Part shown: one piece after another, positions 9,452-17,117 of the stretch
How positions within the stretch are numbered: position 1 is the first letter of the stretch
Layout of the letters: each line of letters begins with the position of its first letter
Assembly (NCBI GenBank): GCA_038826135.1
Contig: JAWBON010000003.1
Location: 1 to 32,000, forward strand
Source of the DNA: Candidatus Odinarchaeota archaeon
GTDB taxonomy: Archaea > Asgardarchaeota > Odinarchaeia > Odinarchaeales > Odinarchaeaceae
Direction: 5' to 3'
DNA length: 32,000 bases
Position numbers and translations under genes: made by a program
Notes under the pieces: model-generated
The model's database searches: none
Told to the model about the DNA's origin: nothing
The model's input: the letters and a program-made list of their open reading frames with translations, nothing else

Positions 9452-9556
9452 GGCTCGGTAGCTCAGCCCGGTAGAGCGGCAGCATGGTAAGTTGTCGGTC
9501 TTGTATGCATTGCATACGAGGATGAATCGTGGGTTCAATTCCCACCCGAGCCTCCA
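9452..9556 (+). tRNA. tRNA-Thr(GGU) with a 28-nt intron at 46/47 (9499-9526); CCA encoded
   Basis: Acceptor GGCTCGG/CCGAGCC, D stem GCTC/GAGC, anticodon GGT, U73 discriminator; the intron has a 9-bp inner hairpin and a TGTC/GATG central helix. Confidence 0.92.
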
Positions 9557-9632
9557 TTTTTATATTTTAACTGTTAAATTTATAAGTTAGTATTACTAAG
9601 TAATATATTATTTAGTAATATTGAGGGCGACT

Positions 9633-10094
9633 ATGGAAGAACTTATTAGAATCTCCCTGACAATACCTAAAAATATACTCCAAAAACTAGATGAAGTATC
9701 CCCTAACCGGAGTTCATATATCACACAATTATTAAAAGAGAATTTTCAAGCGAAAAAAAGCCAGCAAATAATATTAGAAGTAAACTCGAGAAAAACACTA
9801 AAGCAATACCTTGATCCTAAAAACAAATATCATATAGATATTAACAAGCTCGCACCTGTTTTAGCAGTCTCAATAAAAACTGATTCAAGCGGACCGAAAA
9901 TCAGTTTATTATCCTTCAAATATGGATCACCGATATTATTTAAAATTGACCTGTCACCGATTAAATATGATGAAGAATTAATTAATGACAGTGGTGAATG
10001 GCTAAGGCTAATAGATGTTTACAGTGCTGACGGTGAGTTTATAATGAATTTATTGAATAACAATATTTTGATAGTTGATGAAATAAAGTTATAA
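9633..10094 (+). CDS. Ribbon-helix-helix (CopG-like) N-terminal domain protein with an uncharacterised C-terminal domain
   Basis: IRISLTIPKNILQKLDE...NRSSYITQLL RHH pattern; ATG 9633 preferred over TTG 9621. Confidence 0.65.
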   Translation: MEELIRISLTIPKNILQKLDEVSPNRSSYITQLLKENFQAKKSQQIILEVNSRKTLKQYLDPKNKYHIDINKLAPVLAVSIKTDSSGPKISLLSFKYGSPILFKIDLSPIKYDEELINDSGEWLRLIDVYSADGEFIMNLLNNNILIVDEIKL

Positions 10095-11015
10095 TATTCT
10101 CCTATCTTTCAAAGTAGTTAAGTATTTGAAGTACTCCCAGCGGTTATCTATGAACTTCTGAATAGCAGTTATTTCATTCCTACTTAGTTTAGAGAATCTT
10201 CCTTGCAGCGATAGATATGTTTCCAAGTTTTTCCTGTTTTTAGGGTCTAAGAGTTTTAAACTTGGACCCGTCAGATTAAATTTTGAGTCTTCCACCTCGA
10301 ATAATGGCCACATCCCAGTGTCAACCGCTAGTTTAGATATTGTTACAGTGTATTTAGAGTCAAAACGCCATCCAGACGGGCAGGGAGTTAAAACATGTAT
10401 GAAACGGAAACCTTGGTGCTTCTTTGCTTTTAAAACTTTATTATAGAGATCGATAGGGTAACCTGAGACTCCTGTGGCTAAATAGCTAGGTTCATGAGCT
10501 AAAATTATTGAGATAATATCTTTTTTCCTCTCTCTTTTACCTAAAAAGGGTGTTGTTGTAGTTAAAGCCCCGAACGGTGTTGCACCGCTTGTCTGTATGC
10601 CGGTATTCATATACGCCTCGTTATCATAACAGAAATATATCATGTCGGTGTTTCTCTCCGCCGCGCCGCTTAGAGCCTGCAAACCTATGTCAAATGTAGC
10701 CCCATCACCAGCCCAAACGATTACATTTAAGTTTTCAAATTTATTTTTAGCCTTTAAACCTTCTACTATGCCACAGCCGAAGGCTGCAGCTGAGTCAAAA
10801 GCCGAGTTTAACACAGGAATGTCTAAAGCAGATTTAGGATACATGCCTTGTATTATAGATGAGCAGCCGGCAGGGATGACTATTATTGTATTTTTCCCTA
10901 GAGCTTTAAGAACATGTCTTAGTGCAAGAGCGGCACCACAACCTGCACAGGCCGCGTGACCTGGTAAAAGATGTTCATCTAAGCTGAGTTCTAATATTTT
11001 AGCCAATAAACTCAC
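10089..11015 (-). CDS. porB: 2-oxoacid:ferredoxin oxidoreductase beta subunit (pyruvate/ketoisovalerate family)
   Basis: HAACAGCG, GDG...CYDNEAYMNTGIQ TPP-binding motif and TPCPSGW; substrate not determinable. Confidence 0.9.
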   Translation of the reverse strand: MSLLAKILELSLDEHLLPGHAACAGCGAALALRHVLKALGKNTIIVIPAGCSSIIQGMYPKSALDIPVLNSAFDSAAAFGCGIVEGLKAKNKFENLNVIVWAGDGATFDIGLQALSGAAERNTDMIYFCYDNEAYMNTGIQTSGATPFGALTTTTPFLGKRERKKDIISIILAHEPSYLATGVSGYPIDLYNKVLKAKKHQGFRFIHVLTPCPSGWRFDSKYTVTISKLAVDTGMWPLFEVEDSKFNLTGPSLKLLDPKNRKNLETYLSLQGRFSKLSRNEITAIQKFIDNRWEYFKYLTTLKDRRIL

Positions 11016-12213
11016 CTTTTAAACCTATCCAGTAAATGTCTCTTTCCCTGATTTTATCAGTTAAATGTTTGTAGGAGTCTTTGACAAATTCCATTATATC
11101 CCTTGTAGTTACATCCATTCCTCCTAAACCGGCAACAGCGGAGATTATCTTAATATTATCTTTTAATTCAAGTAGGGACGATCTAACCTCCCAAGAGAGG
11201 ATCCCCCCTATTCCTGGCGATAGATCCCGGTCTATTATGAAAACCGCTTTTTTCGATTTACATATTTTCTTGAGCTCCTGATGAGGGAACGGTCGGAGAG
11301 AACGCACTTTCAATGCACCTATTTTGTAACCTTCTTTTCTAAGCCGGTCTACAGCACTGATAGTTTGGTTGAATAATGTTCCGATAGATATTAAAATCAG
11401 GTCTGCGTCGCTACAATTATACTCGTATGTTAACCCTCCATATACTCTCCCCACTAATTTCTCGAATTCCAACTGAATTTTTTTGAAAATACTGCCAGCT
11501 GTTATCATCGCTTTATGAGCTAAATATCGGTGTTTATAATATAAGTGGCCATGAGTAGCCGGTGATACAACATTTCCGTATGTAAAAGGCTTATTTACAT
11601 CGAGTAGGATTTGATTAAATGATGAAGGGTTATACTCTGGTAAAAACTCATCTACCAGGTTTTGATCAATAAGCCTAACAGGAGTGGCTGTATGAGATAG
11701 AAGGAAGCCGTCCATGCAAAGCATTACGGGCAATTGGACTTGAGATGATTCAGCCAGCTTAAAACACTGAAACACTAAATCATATAATTCCTGGTTTGTA
11801 GAAGCGTAAATTTGGATCCATCCTGAGTCTCTTTCCAACATGGAGTCCGTGTGTTCCACCCAAATGTTCCAAGGAGGGGCTAGGGTTCTGTTAACATTAG
11901 TCATTACAATAGGTAGTCTGGACGCTGCCGCCCAGTAAAGCAATTCATGCATTAAAACAAGACCTTGAGAGGATGTTGCGGTATATACTCTACAACCAGT
12001 TGAAGCAGCACCTATACAAACCGCCATAGCACTACGTTCACCTTCAACCCGAATGAATCGTGATTTTAACATGCCTGTCTCCACCATTGCAGCTAAAGCT
12101 TCAACTATCTGTGTCTGCGGGGTTATAGGGTAAGCTGCGATGACATCTACATTAGACTGTTTTACTGCTTCGGCCACTGCGTAGTTTCCTGTTAAAATCC
12201 TAATGTCTGACAA
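10999..12213 (-). CDS. porA: 2-oxoacid:ferredoxin oxidoreductase alpha subunit
   Basis: GNYAVA, YPITPQT, TATSSQGL and GLGGMD motifs. Confidence 0.9.
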   Translation of the reverse strand: MSDIRILTGNYAVAEAVKQSNVDVIAAYPITPQTQIVEALAAMVETGMLKSRFIRVEGERSAMAVCIGAASTGCRVYTATSSQGLVLMHELLYWAAASRLPIVMTNVNRTLAPPWNIWVEHTDSMLERDSGWIQIYASTNQELYDLVFQCFKLAESSQVQLPVMLCMDGFLLSHTATPVRLIDQNLVDEFLPEYNPSSFNQILLDVNKPFTYGNVVSPATHGHLYYKHRYLAHKAMITAGSIFKKIQLEFEKLVGRVYGGLTYEYNCSDADLILISIGTLFNQTISAVDRLRKEGYKIGALKVRSLRPFPHQELKKICKSKKAVFIIDRDLSPGIGGILSWEVRSSLLELKDNIKIISAVAGLGGMDVTTRDIMEFVKDSYKHLTDKIRERDIYWIGLKGEFIG

Positions 12214-12471
12214 TTATTCCCTCTCCATAATGATACATTTTTTAGGGCATTCCTGGGCGCATATACCGCATCCTTTACAGTAATCATAGTCAACTTTTGG
12301 AACGGTTTCTTTTTTAATTATTATAGCGGCGTCCGGGCAGTAGAGCCAACAATTATAGCATTTTACGCACTTTGAATAATCGATTATAGGCTTGCTGTGA
12401 CGCCAGCTGCCTGTTTTGCCGAATGCTCCTTTCCCAGGTTTTGAAATCGGGATAATGCTTTTTTTACTCAT
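12214..12471 (-). CDS. porD: 2-oxoacid:ferredoxin oxidoreductase delta subunit (2x[4Fe-4S])
   Basis: KTGSWR; CVKCYNCWLYCP and CKGCGICAQECP. Confidence 0.92.
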   Translation of the reverse strand: MSKKSIIPISKPGKGAFGKTGSWRHSKPIIDYSKCVKCYNCWLYCPDAAIIIKKETVPKVDYDYCKGCGICAQECPKKCIIMERE

Positions 12472-12515
12472 AATATCACAATGTATGATATCATACTATT
12501 ATGGAATATACTATA

Positions 12516-13085
12516 CTATAACATCTGACATTTTTCATAAGCTAATTTAGTAGCTTCAATATTTTTATCTAGGAATTCACCACTCCAAGTCTCTTCAACA
12601 ACGGTGAGAATGTTTTTTAGTTTTACGAGTCCGGTGGCTTTTGAAAAGGCACCTAACATGCAGGTGTTAACAACAGGCAGACCTGCCACAGTCAAATTAA
12701 TATTAAATGCAATAGTTGTAGCATCTACGATAAAGACCTTCAGATCCTTCACCGAAGCCGCATTTATATCTGAACAGGGGGAATTAACTATCAGATAGCC
12801 GCCCGTATTAATTTCCTTATCAGGGTGAACTATACTTAGAAGACTCCAATCAAGAACTATGAAAATATCAGCAGAATATATCGAAGTAAACTCATGAATG
12901 GCGGTTCCCCCTATCCTAGTATAGGCTTTCACAGGGGCTCCCCGCCTTTCCGCTCCGAAAAAGGGAAATGATTGAACATCTTTAAAACCTTCAATAAAAG
13001 CGGCTTTAGCTAGAATATTTGACGCTGTTACTGCTCCTTGACCGCCTCTACCCAACCAAGTTATATCCCATTGCCGAATAGACAT
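12516..13085 (-). CDS. porG: 2-oxoacid:ferredoxin oxidoreductase gamma subunit
   Basis: GRGGQGAVTA, FFGAERRGAPV and NTCMLGA motifs. Confidence 0.92.
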   Translation of the reverse strand: MSIRQWDITWLGRGGQGAVTASNILAKAAFIEGFKDVQSFPFFGAERRGAPVKAYTRIGGTAIHEFTSIYSADIFIVLDWSLLSIVHPDKEINTGGYLIVNSPCSDINAASVKDLKVFIVDATTIAFNINLTVAGLPVVNTCMLGAFSKATGLVKLKNILTVVEETWSGEFLDKNIEATKLAYEKCQML

Positions 13086-13258
13086 TTACAACACCGGGTG
13101 CCTCACTAGAATTTTAGTTTTAGAGCAATATTAAATTTAGCTTATTTTCAACAAGAGGGGTTGGCGCAAAGTTTTTAACCTAATTTGACGATAAAGGAAA
13201 TACTCCTAGCTGTTAGCGGGGGTAGTTCAGTATATCAAAAATTAGAGGTGAAACTGTT

Positions 13259-13555
13259 ATGTCAGATGCAAATGTAGTATACGTTGGAAATAAGCCAGTT
13301 ATGAACTATGTTTTAGCTTGTGTTACCCAATTAAACCAGGGTGCTGATGAAATTATAGTAAAGGCTCGTGGTAGAGCTATTAGCAGAGCTGTTGATGTCG
13401 CAGAGATTTTAAAGAACAGATTTATGACGTCGGTAGAAGTCAAGGATATAAAAATAAGCACAGAACAGATCAACACAGCCGAGGGCGGCCAAGCTAACGT
13501 AAGTGCTATCGAGATAGCCTTAAGCGGTAAAGCTATCCCAAAAACTAAGAAATAA
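13259..13555 (+). CDS. albA: DNA/RNA-binding chromatin protein Alba
   Basis: [27 protein letters not shown] and VSAIEI motifs; SD GAGGTGA. Confidence 0.96.
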   Translation: MSDANVVYVGNKPVMNYVLACVTQLNQGADEIIVKARGRAISRAVDVAEILKNRFMTSVEVKDIKISTEQINTAEGGQANVSAIEIALSGKAIPKTKK

Positions 13556-13653
13556 ATAAATTTTTTATTTTTATTATTTTTCAATGTAGAAAAAGGGAAA
13601 TGCGGTCGCCTTTACTAACCATATATGACTATGTATTCTTATGGAATACATAA

Positions 13654-14202
13654 TTAACCTAAATTGTAACCTATTTTTCTCACTAAGTCTTTTCTGCCTT
13701 GTCTTTGAGTATCGTCCTCGATCTTGTTAACAGACTGCCCGTCTACGACCCCCAGCACGGCCCTGCCTACGGAGGAGCCGAGCGGGGTCTCAGCTAAAAT
13801 TACCTTACATTTATTAGCGGTCCCTACATATAAATTGACTACGCCGTAGCTAAGCTTTAAGGCGTTCATTAAATTTATAGGCCAAGCGCCTTTAAACTGT
13901 ATTACAAACACGTGACTTGCACCTATGTTTAGTGCGTTCCGCGCCACTATTTTTTTTAAGGTTTCATCATTACCTTCTACACGGGTTAGCCTTGGATCAG
14001 CCTCATTCATCGCACATGCAAACCTAACTTGACCGTCAGTAGTCCCCGGGACGGCTGCTTGAACAATCCGGTAAAGTTCGTCAACCATTTTAATAGAGAA
14101 AATGGGGTTTTAATCCAGTGATTAAAAATTCCCCTGCCCTATTATTATCTGGTGGTCAGGTTCTTTTTCTATATCTACACTAATTAATTTAATTTCACTC
14201 AT
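13654..14202 (-). CDS. Adenosine-specific kinase family protein (COG1839-like), split by a 27-nt intron; exons 14129-14202 and 13654-14101; 173 aa
   Basis: ATG 14202 with SD GAAGGTGA gives MSEIKLISVDIEKEPDHQIIIGQG; after splicing it continues NFSIKMVDELY, matching the family G-Q-x-[HN]-F-x-K-x-V-[ED]-x-LY motif; GASHVF, PIN and GVVDG motifs downstream. Confidence 0.85.
14102..14128 (-). other. Putative BHB (tRNA-type) intron in an mRNA
   Basis: Minus strand: GGGG AA^T TTTTAATC ACTG GATTAAAA CCCC AT^T; two in-frame TAA when unspliced. Confidence 0.85.
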
Positions 14203-14258
14203 ATGCATTCACCTTCTTTTTTAATAGAATATTTTATTAACTTGAAAATTATAAAAAT

Positions 14259-14909
14259 ATGGTATACGTTTTAGTGCTTAGGTTTCTGAAAAGATTATTA
14301 TATGTGATTGTTGTATACAATTTTGTATCCGTACGGTACCTTGTTTCAGGAGGTAAAATTATCAAAGAAGAAACCGATAAAAATGTTATTTTTTGGATTA
14401 ATAGACAATTAGATGACCCGATTACAAAAATTATGCTTAAAGAGACCAATTTAACTGAAATTCAGCTTAATACGCTCTTATTAGATTTTCTAGCAGATGG
14501 TTTTTCTGAAGAAAAGGTAAAGTACGAGGAGAAAGCAAGACTAAGAAGATTGAAAGCCGAGGTAAAAAAGGAGGGTAAAAGAGCGATAACCAGAACCAAT
14601 TCTGGAGTTTCGAGAGGCGCCTTTAACAGGGTTCTAAAGCAAGCTAGAAAAAATGTGATAAGATCAATTTACACAATTATACTACTAGGCTATCTGGGTC
14701 TTTTTGACGATCCTCGTCTCCAACAATATCTTGAACTAGCAGAAGAGCTGAGAGGATATTCCAAAACATATGAGAAAGCATATGCTCAACTTACAGACAA
14801 CAAGACTCAGCTAAAGGAAATCAAGGAATTATTATCCAGTCTACAAAAACATTTAAAAGAGACAATAGAGCAGCTTGGAGACCATACGAGTTTAAAATCA
14901 AAAAAGTAA
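14259..14909 (+). CDS. Conserved archaeal helical/HTH-like hypothetical protein; true start probably near 14358
   Basis: NLTEIQL, SRGAFNRVLKQARKN and SIYTIILLGYLG resemble a family I recall from TACK archaea (recollection, not searched). Confidence 0.6.
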   Translation: MVYVLVLRFLKRLLYVIVVYNFVSVRYLVSGGKIIKEETDKNVIFWINRQLDDPITKIMLKETNLTEIQLNTLLLDFLADGFSEEKVKYEEKARLRRLKAEVKKEGKRAITRTNSGVSRGAFNRVLKQARKNVIRSIYTIILLGYLGLFDDPRLQQYLELAEELRGYSKTYEKAYAQLTDNKTQLKEIKELLSSLQKHLKETIEQLGDHTSLKSKK

Positions 14910-15054
14910 TATAACGGAATATATTGGGTTATAATGGAGGATAATAGGATTATATTCAAATATAAGGCGCCGACTAAAAAATAGTATAAGTAAACTTACA
15001 AATATTTAAGAGAAGGAGTTACGTAATACATTGGAGTATGTTGGGAGATATAAT

Positions 15055-15975
15055 ATGACCTGGACTCGTGATGTGTTCACCAGCAGAATTAAAAATTTAG
15101 AAGAAGCGCGGCGCAAATACTACGAACTCTTAGGGTGGCAGAAGAATATATTTCAGGATGCGGAGCTACCGGCAGGGGATATATACGTTGACAATAATGA
15201 AGACTGCATTATCCAGATAGCTCAAGCACTTAATGGTCAAAAAAGCCAAATTGTATTAATATACGGTGATGCGGGAATCGGTAAATCTTGTTTCAGAAGG
15301 GAGATGGAGGAAGAGCTACGAAGCGATCCTGTGATAGGTAAAAAGTACATGTTTATTATAGTGGATGACCCCGGACAGTATACTGATCTTCAAGTATTAA
15401 GACTGATTGGTTCGGAGCTAAATATTGATTTTGAATCAAAGTGGAATAATCGAGAGGCTGTCGCCTCAATGATACTTAAAAAATTGCTTGAAAATTTTAT
15501 TGAGAAAAGGGTTCAAACAATTATAGTTTTAGATGAGGCTCAGAAGCTTAGCCTAATAAGCCTTGACACTTTAAAACAGTTTAGCGACCTTGAGTATGAG
15601 GGGATAAAAATATGTAGGCTAATTTTACTAGGCACCCCGGAAATATTCAAGAAATTATCCTCACCTTCGATGGAGCCTTTTATCGATAGGATACTTATTA
15701 AATTTGAATTAAAAGGCTTCAACTTTAAAGAGACCGCGGAGTATATTGCGAGGTGGATTGCGTACAGTAAAGGTGAGGAGTTTAAGGGTGTAGATGGGAC
15801 TTCTATCTACCCATTTACCCCAGATGCGGTTGAAAAAATATTTCAAATCTCAAAAGGCCATCCGCGAACGGTCAGAAAACTGTGCGCCCTAAGTATAGAT
15901 GTAAGACTTGAGAATCCGAAGAGTGTTGAGATAGATTCGCCAATAGTTGAGGAAGCTAGTAAAAGATTAATATAA
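15055..15975 (+). CDS. ExeA/GspA-like (AAA_22) AAA+ ATPase, stand-alone
   Basis: Walker A GDAGIGKS, Walker B IIVLDEAQ, putative Arg finger DRI, sensor-2 FTPDAV...SKGHPR; N-terminal YYELLGW-x-x-N-x-F like ExeA; ATG 15055 preferred over TTG 15031. Confidence 0.75.
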   Translation: MTWTRDVFTSRIKNLEEARRKYYELLGWQKNIFQDAELPAGDIYVDNNEDCIIQIAQALNGQKSQIVLIYGDAGIGKSCFRREMEEELRSDPVIGKKYMFIIVDDPGQYTDLQVLRLIGSELNIDFESKWNNREAVASMILKKLLENFIEKRVQTIIVLDEAQKLSLISLDTLKQFSDLEYEGIKICRLILLGTPEIFKKLSSPSMEPFIDRILIKFELKGFNFKETAEYIARWIAYSKGEEFKGVDGTSIYPFTPDAVEKIFQISKGHPRTVRKLCALSIDVRLENPKSVEIDSPIVEEASKRLI

Positions 15976-16022
15976 TCGTTAGTAGTATAATGTCATATAA
16001 TATAATCCATTGGAGGATTTAT

Positions 16023-16364
16023 ATGTCTAAACCGAAGAATCCATTTGCAGAAAGATTTAGAAAGATTGACGGGGGGAAAGCATCCGTAATTGCAAGCGCG
16101 TGGGAAAACATTGTTAAAGAGAAAAAACAAAGCGAGGGCGGAGATTTATCGAGAAACAGCACGACCGAGACTGAAGATATGGTTAAAATATCATTATGGG
16201 TTCCAAAGGCTATTAAAAATGATATTGACGAGTTTATAAAATCCCTTAAAGGAAGTTCACTATATAAGCCGTTTGCTAAAAGCTCTGTTATATTAAGGCA
16301 GGCACTTGAACTCGGTTATCCTAAGTTGAAAGAACATATTATGAGCCTTTTAACAGATCAGTGA
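16023..16364 (+). CDS. Small protein with a low-complexity N-terminal tail and a C-terminal ribbon-helix-helix
   Basis: VKISLWVPKAIKNDIDEFI...KSSVILRQALE RHH pattern; ATG 16023 after GGAGGA. Confidence 0.6.
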   Translation: MSKPKNPFAERFRKIDGGKASVIASAWENIVKEKKQSEGGDLSRNSTTETEDMVKISLWVPKAIKNDIDEFIKSLKGSSLYKPFAKSSVILRQALELGYPKLKEHIMSLLTDQ

Positions 16365-16385
16365 GTATAAGCGGAATACAAAGTA

Positions 16386-16970
16386 TTACAAGGTATTATA
16401 AGAGAGGACGTCTATTTTTGTTAAAATCCCGATGATTGAACTGGCCTCAGCTATAAGCACAGCAGGATAACCCTGCGTAAACAATTTATTAACATCCTCT
16501 AATTTTGAATTTATATTAACCACGGGGAGAGGGTCAGACATCACCTCGCCCACCCTTAATTCTGACAGATCTTTCTTCTGAACTGCTTTTTCTAAGAGAT
16601 CTGATTCTAATACGCACCCCACCGGCTTACCTTGATCAAGTACCGGTATTTGAGAGACACCGTATTTTTTCATAAGCTCGATAGCGTCTGAAACTTTCGC
16701 TTTTACATCTAGCGAGATTAAGTTCGGTATTTTGCTTTTATCTTTATTTTTTAATATTAAGATATCTTTGACTGTTTTTTTAAGCCGCATTGTTTCTTCA
16801 ATAGCGTCAATAATTTTTCTAATAGTTGATAACCTGGGATCGACCGTATCAGATTCTATACGGGCTATTAGTGACTGGCTTAAATGAGATTTTCGTGCCA
16901 ATTCGGCTTGAGTTAAACCTGCTTTTTTTCTATAATTTTTGATATCTTCACTGGAGGGAATGTTAAACAT
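16386..16970 (-). CDS. XRE-type HTH plus tandem CBS-domain regulator
   Basis: RKKAGLTQAELA...IARIE...DPRLST followed by a CBS pair (SQIPV, VMSDPLP, GILTKID). Confidence 0.92.
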   Translation of the reverse strand: MFNIPSSEDIKNYRKKAGLTQAELARKSHLSQSLIARIESDTVDPRLSTIRKIIDAIEETMRLKKTVKDILILKNKDKSKIPNLISLDVKAKVSDAIELMKKYGVSQIPVLDQGKPVGCVLESDLLEKAVQKKDLSELRVGEVMSDPLPVVNINSKLEDVNKLFTQGYPAVLIAEASSIIGILTKIDVLSYNTL

Positions 16971-17117
16971 CGACTCACCTAATTACTTATATTCATATTA
17001 ATATTGTTCATTTATTCATATTTAATAATATATAATTTTTAAAGGAATAAATAGATAATTTATCTTGGTTGAAGAGGCGAATGGGGTATAATGTAGTCTA
17101 ATGGATTACTTTGGAGG

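Noticed and set aside
13201-13226. Hairpin upstream of alba (TACTCC...GGGGTA) as a regulatory RNA element
   Set aside because: Short, includes G-U pairs, has no K-turn signature, and the TSS is unknown
13654-14088. Kinase-family gene as a simple 144-aa ORF or a pseudogene
   Set aside because: The missing N-terminus is present upstream with an SD and is rejoined precisely by BHB splicing
15055-15975. Transposon (TniB/TnsC or IS21 IstB helper)
   Set aside because: No DDE transposase and no terminal inverted repeats found nearby
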